Below are positions 30,563 through 38,936 of a DNA stretch of 64,000 nt, piece by piece. This DNA comes from Burkholderiaceae bacterium (GTDB taxonomy: Bacteria; Pseudomonadota; Gammaproteobacteria; Burkholderiales; Burkholderiaceae_F): the NCBI GenBank assembly GCA_017646335.1, contig JAGCMT010000062.1:29653-93652 (forward strand), given 5' to 3'. The number at the start of each line of letters is the position of its first letter. Positions within the stretch are counted from its first letter, which is position 1. The position numbers and the translations under genes were made by a program. Under the pieces are notes generated by a model. It saw nothing but the letters and a program-made list of their open reading frames with translations, did not search any database and had not been told where the DNA came from.

Positions 30563-31681
30563 TTAAATCTTTTTAACGCGTTTGAGCCAATGAACGGAGC
30601 TGCCCAATACGTTAAGGCCAACGGTACGCCCAGATTTTTCAATGCAATTTTGCAAATAGTGGTTAGAGTCGCTGGGCTCTTGCTCAATAAAAGGCTTGTT
30701 GGCGTAGAGTTGATAATTTTTACGAACGATTCGTGGCGTGATGTTGGGCATCACCACGTTACAACCGTGTCGAATACCTTGCTCTCGCCCATCTTCCTCG
30801 AGCGCGTGTAAGGCCGTTGCTGCGGCCATATTGACGTCGGGAATCACCAAGCGTGTAACGGCAATCATGTTCAAAGACAATCGCATGAGTGCCTTTTTTT
30901 CCATCATGCCTTCGCCTAGCATATCGGCTCCTGCACTGGTGATATAGGGGCCCATGCCAATCATATCCAAATCGAGTTTTTGGAATGTACGAATGTCTTT
31001 GCACAAATCCTCGAGTGTCTGCCCAGGCAAGCCGATCATAACGCCGGAGCCGACTTGGTAGCCGGCTTTGCGAAGGTTTGCTAGCGCGGCGTATCGACGT
31101 TCCAAGCCCTTTTCATGCTTACCGGGGGCGCAATGCAAATGATCGAACAAGTCGGGATTGGAGGTTTCAAAACGCAAGAGATAGCGCAAGCCAACCGGAT
31201 TGCCGGCGGCTTTAGCCCAGGCTTCATACACCTCTAAGGTTTGTTCGCCTAAGGATAGCGTGATGCCTAAACCGTTCGGAAGCGTTTCGCTAACGGTTTT
31301 TTCATGGATCGTTTCTAACACGTCAATCACGAAATCAACGAACTTCGGATCACGGCGTTCGCCCGCTTGTAAACAGATGGAGCCGTATCCGTTTTCTGCT
31401 GCCCAAACGGCGGCACTGACGATATGGTCTTTTTCAAGTTCGTAACGCGGGACGTCGTGATTGGATTTGCGGATACCGCAATACCGGCAATCCAACGTGC
31501 AAATGTTGGAAAATTCGATCAACCCACGGTAATAGACTTGATTGCCCAGGTGTTCGGTGGCTCGATCAAAAGCGGCTTGACGCAAAATCTCAACTTCATT
31601 TTTGTCCGTTACGGACAATAAACGAATAATGTCCTCGTCCGAGAACTCGGTTTGCGTAACGATCTCTTGAATGCTTTTCAT
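30563..31681 (-). CDS. hydE: [FeFe]-hydrogenase H-cluster radical SAM maturase HydE
   Basis: YYRGLIEFSNICTLDCRYCGIR (CxxxCxxC), RYLLRFET, DMIGMGPY, AAATAL, NVVMPNITP, YQLY (YxxY); adjacent to hydF. Confidence 0.92.
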   Translation of the reverse strand: MKSIQEIVTQTEFSDEDIIRLLSVTDKNEVEILRQAAFDRATEHLGNQVYYRGLIEFSNICTLDCRYCGIRKSNHDVPRYELEKDHIVSAAVWAAENGYGSICLQAGERRDPKFVDFVIDVLETIHEKTVSETLPNGLGITLSLGEQTLEVYEAWAKAAGNPVGLRYLLRFETSNPDLFDHLHCAPGKHEKGLERRYAALANLRKAGYQVGSGVMIGLPGQTLEDLCKDIRTFQKLDLDMIGMGPYITSAGADMLGEGMMEKKALMRLSLNMIAVTRLVIPDVNMAAATALHALEEDGREQGIRHGCNVVMPNITPRIVRKNYQLYANKPFIEQEPSDSNHYLQNCIEKSGRTVGLNVLGSSVHWLKRVKKI

Positions 31682-32916
31682 CGACAGGCCTCCTCAAAGG
31701 CTTTCTGAGCCTCAGGATGGCATGCTAATGCGCGTCCCAAGACTCCTTGAAGGTAGGAGATGGCGACACCGTAATTGGTCATGGCGACGCCCTGTGCTTG
31801 GGCAATGCGTAAGCGAGCCAACATATGGCGACGCGTCACAATGCACCCACCACAATTGATAATGACTTTGTAGGGACTCAGGTCTTCGGGGAAGTCTTTG
31901 CCTACAGCCATATCGATTTCTAATTCGCCGAATTTTTTCTTGAGCCAATTCGGGATTTTCACTCGGCCGATATCGTCCTGGAGCGGATGATGGGAACAGG
32001 TTTCTGCCATAAGGACCTTATCACCCGGTTTGAGCTTGGTGAGCGCACCCGCGCCTCGAGCCATGGCAACCAAGTCGCTCTTGGAATATGCCATCTGAAT
32101 CGAGAAGGTGGTAACAGGAATCGGTTCGGGGATCTCTTTGACCACGCGTTGTACCACTTGGCTGTCCGTGACAACCAATTGAGGCGGCGTTTTGAGCTCA
32201 GCCAACGTTTCGGCGATGCGATCTTCTTTGATCACAATGCACTTGGCACCGCTATCGAGCAATTCGCGAATGGCTTGGACTTGAGGCAGAATCAACCGTC
32301 CCTTGGGAGCGCCCGTGTCGATCGGTGTAATCAATAAGACCGTGTCACCGGGTTTGACCAAGTTGCCCATTAAGGGGCGATCCGGTTCGGTTTGTTCCAA
32401 AACGGTTTCAATCAAAGCGCTCTTGACTTCGTCGATGCCGACGCGGTTTTGTGCGCTGGCAAAAACGACGCGGCAGCCTTTACCTCGTAACGAGGACGCG
32501 AGCGTTTCATCGGGTTGGCAAAGGTCGATTTTGTTGAAAACAACCACAGTCGGCGTGCCGTTTTCTTTCGTGCGTTTGAGAATGCCTTCCTCGTGTTCGC
32601 TCCACGTGCCCGTTTCACAAACGATAATGGCAACGTCCATCCAATCGAGGACGGCGAGGCTTTTTTGTACGCGAGCCAGTCCCAATTCGCCGACGTCATC
32701 AATGCCGGCGGTATCCATGAAAACGACGGGACCGATAGGAGAAAGTTCAAAAGCTTTTTCTACGGGGTCGGTCGTTGTGCCGGCCACGTTGCTCACGATA
32801 GAGATATTCTGATTAGCGAGCGCGTTGATCAAGGAAGATTTGCCAGCGTTGCGTTTGCCAAAAAGGCCGAAGTGCAATCGAAGGCCTTTGGGAGTTTCCA
32901 TTCGACTTGTTGCCAT
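31678..32916 (-). CDS. hydF: [FeFe]-hydrogenase maturation GTPase HydF
   Basis: RLHFGLFGKRNAGKSS, GTTTDPV, DTAG, NKID, APKGRLILPQVQ, TDSQ, ETCSHH...CGGC, TNYG. Confidence 0.96.
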   Translation of the reverse strand: MATSRMETPKGLRLHFGLFGKRNAGKSSLINALANQNISIVSNVAGTTTDPVEKAFELSPIGPVVFMDTAGIDDVGELGLARVQKSLAVLDWMDVAIIVCETGTWSEHEEGILKRTKENGTPTVVVFNKIDLCQPDETLASSLRGKGCRVVFASAQNRVGIDEVKSALIETVLEQTEPDRPLMGNLVKPGDTVLLITPIDTGAPKGRLILPQVQAIRELLDSGAKCIVIKEDRIAETLAELKTPPQLVVTDSQVVQRVVKEIPEPIPVTTFSIQMAYSKSDLVAMARGAGALTKLKPGDKVLMAETCSHHPLQDDIGRVKIPNWLKKKFGELEIDMAVGKDFPEDLSPYKVIINCGGCIVTRRHMLARLRIAQAQGVAMTNYGVAISYLQGVLGRALACHPEAQKAFEEACR

Positions 32917-32937
32917 AGTTTTTATCGCGCAAAAATT

Positions 32938-32972
32938 AAAGGGGATGCGCTATATCATAGCGTATCCCCTTC
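32938..32972 (-). terminator. Hairpin/terminator between hydC and hydF
   Basis: AAGGGGATGCGCTAT-ATC-ATAGCGTATCCCCTT; short U-rich tail on the minus strand. Confidence 0.7.
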
Positions 32973-33012
32973 GTCTAGACATTAGTCCAGCATGTACTTT
33001 CGTATCGAAAAA

Positions 33013-33678
33013 TTACTTTTCGAAGTTCGTGCGGATAACGTCCTTTTCGAGCCACTTCGGAGAGTGGTGTTCAGCAGCTTCGTAAGAGATCGTGCCTTCG
33101 CCCAAGCCCCAGATGCCCTTGAAGTGTTCCCAAGACAAGAGAGCGAGCGGAATGTGAGCACCAACCACCATCAAGGAAACGATGATGGAACCCCAAACGT
33201 GGAACATATACATGTACCAGAAGGCGTCCTTCGGAATAGCCGGAGCAAAGTAGAAGAGCAACCAGCCCGTGACAGCCAAAGCGTACATCATGAACATGAA
33301 GATGAGGTAGCTCATCTTTTGGCCAGCGTTGTAGCGGCCTTGCGGCGGAACTTCTTCCGGACCGAACGGGATACCGAAGAAGCGACGCGGATAACCACCG
33401 AAGTTACGGAACCACTTGATGGTGTCCATATCCCACGTGAGCAAAGAGTTCATCATTGCAGCATAGCGATGCGGAGCAAAGACGATGAAGCCCAAGAGGT
33501 TAAACGTGTAAACAACGCCGATGCCGATGTGCCAAACCATGAGGCTGTTGGCCATTTCATCGGAGAGTTGGCAGAAGTAAACCAAAGCACCCGTGAACAA
33601 CAAAGCAAACCACGTGATCGCGTTGACTGCGTGGAACACCTTGTCGGCGGTGTGGAAACGCATAATACGTTCAGCCAT
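33013..33678 (-). CDS. hydC: Di-heme cytochrome b membrane subunit (FdnI/Ni-hydr_CYTB family) of the hydrogenase
   Basis: Four transmembrane helices with His ligands (FHAVNA, WHIGIG, FHVWG, AHIP), PPQGRYNAGQK, AEHHSPKW. Confidence 0.88.
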   Translation of the reverse strand: MAERIMRFHTADKVFHAVNAITWFALLFTGALVYFCQLSDEMANSLMVWHIGIGVVYTFNLLGFIVFAPHRYAAMMNSLLTWDMDTIKWFRNFGGYPRRFFGIPFGPEEVPPQGRYNAGQKMSYLIFMFMMYALAVTGWLLFYFAPAIPKDAFWYMYMFHVWGSIIVSLMVVGAHIPLALLSWEHFKGIWGLGEGTISYEAAEHHSPKWLEKDVIRTNFEK

Positions 33679-33679
33679 A

Positions 33680-34018
33680 TTAGTGACCTCCTAAAGCCAA
33701 TTGCGTACGCGGATAGTAGTGCGTATGGAGCAATTCATAGGACACGCCGGCAACCGGTTCTGCCTTCATGTCGACGTAGAAACGTTGCACAGACGGGTTG
33801 ACGTGAGAAGCGTGCAAACCTGCAGCTTGACAGATCTTGTCGTCCTTGTACAAACCAGCTTGACGAGCCTTGATGATGTCGTTGCGACGTTGGAGGAGGT
33901 CAAGCACGGCATAACCCGTAGCACCAGCAGCCAAAGCCGTGACGCCGACGACCTTCAAGAAGCCGCGACGGCCCAACATGGCCATGGTTTGACGTTCGGT
34001 ATATTCATACTTACGCAT
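33680..34018 (-). CDS. hydB: [FeFe]-hydrogenase small subunit with twin-arginine signal
   Basis: GRRGFLK Tat motif; RQAGLYKDD...SHVNPSV..FY...ELLHTHY small-subunit signature. Confidence 0.92.
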   Translation of the reverse strand: MRKYEYTERQTMAMLGRRGFLKVVGVTALAAGATGYAVLDLLQRRNDIIKARQAGLYKDDKICQAAGLHASHVNPSVQRFYVDMKAEPVAGVSYELLHTHYYPRTQLALGGH

Positions 34019-34035
34019 TTAAGATCTCCATCCAA

Positions 34036-35391
34036 TTAGAGTTGCACCGGAATCGGCAACGTCGGGTTGAGCCATGCGGCACCGTCCGTACGGACCGGTT
34101 GACCACCGCCGTTAACGCAACCACCCGGGCAGTTCATCACTTCGATGAAGTGATAACGGTTCTTGTCTTCCTTGATGCGACGCAACACGGTTTCAAGACC
34201 TTGCAAAGCACCGTTGACAACGCAAACGCGAACTTCAAAGACCTTACCGCCCAATTCCTTGATGGGCACCGGGATCGTAGCTTCAACAACAGCGTCTTGA
34301 TAACCACGGACAACCTTAACATCCGGATCCTTCAATTCTTCGCCAGACAAGACGAAGTAGGCCGTACGCAAAGCAGCTTCCATCACACCACCGGAGGCAC
34401 CGAAAATCGTACCTGCGCCCGTGTAGATTTCCATCGTGGAGCGTTCACGCGTCTTCGGCATGTCGAGCGGATTGATACCCTTGCGACGGAAGATTTCAGC
34501 GATGTCACGAGACGTGATCACAGCGTCGATGTCTTGGAAGGACGGCGTATCGGCAGGGATACGACCCGTTTCAACCAAGTGCTTCCATGCATTGTTGAAT
34601 TCCGGACGAGCAGCTTCGAAGATCTTAGCCGTACACGGCATCACGCCAACGACGAAGATATCGCGCGGATCCTTCTTCCAAACAAATTCAGCAGCCCACG
34701 TCTTAGCAATGGAACCGCCCATTTGCATCGGGCTCTTAGCCGTAGACAAGTGCGGAATCAAGTCAGCGTGATACGTTTCAACGTTCTTGACCCAAGCCGG
34801 GCAGCAGCTCGTGAAGTGCGGGAACGGGTGGTGGGAAGCCTTTTCGAATTCCGGACCACGCTTACCGAGAACCCAGTATTGGATCTTCTTGATGAATTCA
34901 ATACCTTCTTCGATAATCGTTTGGTCAGCCGTTTGGTTAATGTCATACGTGACAAAACCGGCCTTTTCCATGGCGTTCACGATTTGTTCCGTAGCCAACG
35001 TACCGGGCTTAGCGCCGAATTCTTCAGCGATAGCCACGCGGACTGCCGGAGCCGGGTGAGCGACGACGAGCGTCTTCGGGTCATCCAACTTTTGCATGAC
35101 TTGGTCGATGAAGCTCATTTGTTCGACTGCATTGAAGGGGCAAGCAACCAAACATTGACCGCAAGCGACGCAAGCGTCTTCACGGATGGAGTGGACCACG
35201 CCCAAACCACCGGAAATGGCACCTACCGGGCAAACCTTACGGCACGTATCGCAACCAACGCAGTTGTCCTTGTTGATCTTGATGATGCCACGCAATTCGC
35301 CACGGCGAAGATTGCCAACGTATTCGGGTCCGTTTTCACCGTGAGCATTGGCTGCCGGTGCAAACGTGTTGACCTTAATCGTTTTGGACAT
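34036..35391 (-). CDS. hydA: [FeFe]-hydrogenase large (catalytic) subunit, group A, 2x[4Fe-4S] F-domain
   Basis: CVGCDTCRKVCP and CVACGQCLVACP ferredoxin motifs; H-cluster motifs FTSCCPAW, MPCTAKIFE, EVMNCPGGCVNGGGQP; GGGAGAG ribosome-binding site before ATG 35391. Confidence 0.96.
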   Translation of the reverse strand: MSKTIKVNTFAPAANAHGENGPEYVGNLRRGELRGIIKINKDNCVGCDTCRKVCPVGAISGGLGVVHSIREDACVACGQCLVACPFNAVEQMSFIDQVMQKLDDPKTLVVAHPAPAVRVAIAEEFGAKPGTLATEQIVNAMEKAGFVTYDINQTADQTIIEEGIEFIKKIQYWVLGKRGPEFEKASHHPFPHFTSCCPAWVKNVETYHADLIPHLSTAKSPMQMGGSIAKTWAAEFVWKKDPRDIFVVGVMPCTAKIFEAARPEFNNAWKHLVETGRIPADTPSFQDIDAVITSRDIAEIFRRKGINPLDMPKTRERSTMEIYTGAGTIFGASGGVMEAALRTAYFVLSGEELKDPDVKVVRGYQDAVVEATIPVPIKELGGKVFEVRVCVVNGALQGLETVLRRIKEDKNRYHFIEVMNCPGGCVNGGGQPVRTDGAAWLNPTLPIPVQL

Positions 35392-35449
35392 ATTTAAATC
35401 TCTCCCAAGATTCAATAATTGAAATTCAGAACTAATCTGAGTTTTTTTC

Positions 35450-35516
35450 TTAAATCCCTTTGATCATAGGGATTTAAAACAGATCAGGGATTGTACGTAC
35501 AATACCTGTCAACAGG
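35450..35516 (-). promoter_or_regulatory. Putative hydA promoter/operator region with palindromes
   Basis: Minus-strand TACAAT -10-like hexamer lies inside the perfect 14-bp palindrome ATTGTACGTACAAT (35490-35503); near-perfect 28-bp palindrome at 35450-35477. Confidence 0.5.
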
Positions 35517-35566
35517 AAATAGACGCCCTTCGGCATCCAAATCCTTGCCAACAATAGAACTATAAG

Positions 35567-35600
35567 AAAAAAATAAGCCAAATGCGTGCGCATTTGGCTC
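35567..35600 (-). terminator. Intrinsic terminator after menK-like gene
   Basis: AGCCAAATGCG-TG-CGCATTTGGCT with an A-run on the left (U-tail on the minus strand). Confidence 0.75.
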
Positions 35601-35625
35601 ATTGTGTATACCTCTAAGTGGGTAG

Positions 35626-36921
35626 TTACATGTCGCTACTGCTCAGCGGCTTGCGAAGAGCGGCGCGGATGTTGTCCATGCCGGAATAGAAGGCCTTCAT
35701 CATCACCAGACCCAAGAACTTACCGCTATCGGTCACGATTAAGCGGTCAGGATCATTCGGATCGTCCTTGATTGCACCGGCTAAACGCATTCCCATCATT
35801 TCCTTCCAAAGTGCTCGGTCCAAGTTGACGCCGTGAACTTCTCGGAAATATTTACGAGACAGACGGCCGGCAAACAAGCCAAGCAACAAACGATATTGCA
35901 ATACCGAGTGCTTGTCGAACGTACGGCGACGTTCCACGCCCATCTTGCCACTTTGGATGCGCTCATGATAGCGACGCAAGCTAAACGTATTGACATAAAG
36001 CGAATCGCCCAAGAAGCTAAACGAGCCGGAACCGACACCTAAGTATTCGTCGTGGTCAACCACGTATTCATCGATACCCTCGTCATTGGTTCGGCCGAAC
36101 GTCCAAGAGGTCAATTGATTGTATTGCTTGCCCAACGTATCCAAAATGATGCGATATTGCTTGGCCAAATCGGAACTCGGTGCCGCAATCGTATTTCGCA
36201 CGCTGCATTTGGTTTGGCTCGTTACCATCAACGGATAAGTTGTGATTTGGCGAGGATTGAGCTGCGTTAACAACTCGATGTCGCGAGTTAAGACACCTTC
36301 GTCTTGACCGCGGAAGCCGAAAATCATGTCGACGTTGAAGGTCGGGAACAATTCCTTGGCATATTGGATTCGTTCGAAAATTTCTTGACCACTACCGAAC
36401 TTTTCATAACGTTCGGTCATCTTCAAAATATTGTCGTCAAAACTTTGCACACCGATCGACATGCGGTCGACAAGGCCCTTCAAATTCTTGAAGGTCGGAG
36501 AAACCAATTGAGCCGGGTCCGTTTCGCAAGACACTTCCTTGATTGTCGGGAAAAGCGTGCGAGCATGTTCAATCGTTTTGATGAGTTCGTCTTCCAAAAC
36601 CGTCGTCGTGCCGCCACCGATGTAAAGAGACGTGAACTCATAGCCAAGATCTTTGGCCATTTGCATTTCTTGGCGCAAATTAATGAAGTATTCTCGTGCC
36701 TTGTATTCTTTGAACAAGAATCGGTGGAACGTGCAATACGAACACAACGTGTGGCAGAACGGGACATGGGCGTACATCATGTACTCATGACCGGGTTGCG
36801 GTTCGGGATGACGATCCAAAATGACCGAGTCAAGGTTGAGATTCTTCTCGATGTAATAGTTCATGATTCGGTCGGTCAAACCGATCATCCAATCGGGAAG
36901 CAATTTTTCGTGATCTGCCAT
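35626..36921 (-). CDS. menK: HemN-like class C radical SAM enzyme, probable menaquinone methyltransferase (MenK/MqnK family)
   Basis: YMMYAHVPFCHTLCSYCTFHRF, YIGGGTTT, RMSIGVQSF, QITTYPLM, DEYVVDHDEYLGVGSGSFS, MKAFYSGMDNIR. These match the MqnK/MenK pattern as I recall it; Sutterellaceae are known to contain methylmenaquinones. Confidence 0.75.
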   Translation of the reverse strand: MADHEKLLPDWMIGLTDRIMNYYIEKNLNLDSVILDRHPEPQPGHEYMMYAHVPFCHTLCSYCTFHRFLFKEYKAREYFINLRQEMQMAKDLGYEFTSLYIGGGTTTVLEDELIKTIEHARTLFPTIKEVSCETDPAQLVSPTFKNLKGLVDRMSIGVQSFDDNILKMTERYEKFGSGQEIFERIQYAKELFPTFNVDMIFGFRGQDEGVLTRDIELLTQLNPRQITTYPLMVTSQTKCSVRNTIAAPSSDLAKQYRIILDTLGKQYNQLTSWTFGRTNDEGIDEYVVDHDEYLGVGSGSFSFLGDSLYVNTFSLRRYHERIQSGKMGVERRRTFDKHSVLQYRLLLGLFAGRLSRKYFREVHGVNLDRALWKEMMGMRLAGAIKDDPNDPDRLIVTDSGKFLGLVMMKAFYSGMDNIRAALRKPLSSSDM

Positions 36922-36990
36922 AACTTTCTGTCTTTCAAAGAGGAAGCTCCTTTTATAAAGGAGCTTCTCAGGTTTTCTTATACTGTAATC

Positions 36991-38832
36991 TTAGCGATGT
37001 CCGACGTACATTGCTTGAATCTGAGCGGCAAATTTATTGTTCAAATTCTTACGTTTGAGTTTTAAGGTCGGAGTCAGCAACTCATTGTCAATCGTCCACG
37101 GATCCAACGTCATCGTTACGTTACGAGGCGTAGCGTATTGCGGGAAGTCTTTTACTGCCGTTTTGATTCGTTTCAAAATGGTCGTTTTCACAGCGTTGGC
37201 CAAAAGGCTTTCAGGATCGTCCGGATCCACGCCTAACGTTTTAGCCAAACGAGACCATTCGTCCTTATTCAAAACGACAATGGTCGAAATGAACGGGCGA
37301 TTTTCACCGATAACGAATGCTTGATCGAAAAGCGGATCAATTTCGATGGCCATTTCCATGTCTGCGGGAGGGACTTTTTCACCGGTACTCGTCACGATGA
37401 TTTCTTTAATACGACCGATAATGCGTAAGAATTCATGGTCTTCGAAAAGACCGACGTCGCCGGTTTTCAACCATCCATCTTCCGTAAAGGCGGCTTGGGT
37501 ATCTTCAGGTCGATTCCAATAACCCTTCATAATCGAGTCCGATTTGACTTGAATTTCGCCCGTTTCTTCGTCCAATCGAACTTGAGTATTCGGTAACGGT
37601 TTGCCAACCGTGTGAGGGCGGTTGTACGACAAGGAGTTGCCGCCGATAATCGGACTGGATTCGGTCATACCGTACCCTTGGATAATGGGCAATCCCAAGC
37701 CACAGAAGGTCTTTGCGACTTTTGTGTTCAAAGCTGCCCCGCCGCTGATGGCAATGTTTAAGCGACCACCGAATTGATTTAAAAGCGTTTTCGAAACGGT
37801 GGATTTCAAAATCGGCCAAACAATCGGGTCCAAAAATTCACAACAACCTTTTTCAAGTTTTAAGCCGTTTTTTTTGCAGAAATTACGCCAACCGACTTCA
37901 ACGGCCCAGTTGAACATGAAACGGGAAAGAGCGGAGCTTTTGGCGAGCTTTTCCTGGACTTTGGCATAAATTCGCTCGTAGATGCGAGGCACCGAAATAA
38001 TGACATGCGGGCGAATGATGCGGAAATCTTCCGATAACTGCGGAATGGAACGATTGAATGCAATCGTACAGCCCATGCCGAGTGCTAAGTAGTAACCGGC
38101 CATTCGTTCGAACGTGTGGGAGAGCGGCAAGAAGGACAAAAAGATGTCACCGGGTTGGGGCACGACCGTTCGAAGCGTGTTGAGTACGTTCGAGACCACG
38201 TTTTTATGCGTGAGCATCACACCCTTGGGGCGGCCCGTTGTGCCGGAGGTGTAGACGATGGCAGCCAAGTCATCTTCCTCGATGACGATATTGGGTTCTT
38301 CAATATTGTGACCCGTTGCCAACCAATGCTCCAAATCCCAACGACGAACATTGTCTTTGAGATTTTCCGGTGTGATGTCTTCCGTGAAAATCACATCCGT
38401 TAATGTCGGCATGGCCGTGCCGGTCAAGAAAATGGCATCCCAACGGCTTTGTTCATTGGTCACTAAGACGCTGGCTTGACTGTCAGCAATGATAAAGGCA
38501 CTCGAACCTGCGGTATCGATAGCATGCAAAGGAACCGTGACTAAGCCATTGGCCAATGCCGCTTGGTCACAGCAAATGGCTTCCACGCCATTGGGCAATA
38601 GGACGGCTACACGAGCACCCTTAGGCAAGCCCATTTTGGTAAATGCACAACGCCAAGCATGAATACGCTCGGACAAATCGCGATAAGAAATTCGTTCCCA
38701 AGAATTGGTTCGTCGGTCGAATTGACGTAAGGCCTCAGCATGAGGGGCGATTTTGACGCGATTGGGGATGTATTGATCCAACGTCTTTAATTGTGCGAGG
38801 GCTTCAAAACGAAGTTGTGCCGTGTCTGCCAC
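36991..38832 (-). CDS. Long-chain fatty acid-CoA ligase (FAA1/ACSL type)
   Basis: IVYTSGTTGRPKGVMLTH, SFLPLSHTFER, QGYGMTE, GWLKTGD, LTPTLKLKR. Confidence 0.92.
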   Translation of the reverse strand: MADTAQLRFEALAQLKTLDQYIPNRVKIAPHAEALRQFDRRTNSWERISYRDLSERIHAWRCAFTKMGLPKGARVAVLLPNGVEAICCDQAALANGLVTVPLHAIDTAGSSAFIIADSQASVLVTNEQSRWDAIFLTGTAMPTLTDVIFTEDITPENLKDNVRRWDLEHWLATGHNIEEPNIVIEEDDLAAIVYTSGTTGRPKGVMLTHKNVVSNVLNTLRTVVPQPGDIFLSFLPLSHTFERMAGYYLALGMGCTIAFNRSIPQLSEDFRIIRPHVIISVPRIYERIYAKVQEKLAKSSALSRFMFNWAVEVGWRNFCKKNGLKLEKGCCEFLDPIVWPILKSTVSKTLLNQFGGRLNIAISGGAALNTKVAKTFCGLGLPIIQGYGMTESSPIIGGNSLSYNRPHTVGKPLPNTQVRLDEETGEIQVKSDSIMKGYWNRPEDTQAAFTEDGWLKTGDVGLFEDHEFLRIIGRIKEIIVTSTGEKVPPADMEMAIEIDPLFDQAFVIGENRPFISTIVVLNKDEWSRLAKTLGVDPDDPESLLANAVKTTILKRIKTAVKDFPQYATPRNVTMTLDPWTIDNELLTPTLKLKRKNLNNKFAAQIQAMYVGHR

Positions 38833-38936
38833 TTTGATCCTCTTTAGACAAAATGATTCAACGGTGTCATTTTAAGACCAAAACGACACCGTTGGATGTA
38901 ACGAAAAAACGTCAATTTTTGAGTAAATGTAACGGA

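Noticed and set aside
35459-35475. FNR box upstream of hydA (TTGATC half-site)
   Set aside because: The second half-site ATCAA is missing at the required 4-nt spacing.
35626-36921. Radical SAM gene as a HydG substitute or a true HemN
   Set aside because: It has no ThiH/BATS domain or HydG C-terminal cluster motif, and its sequence pattern fits the MenK/MqnK subfamily better than canonical HemN.
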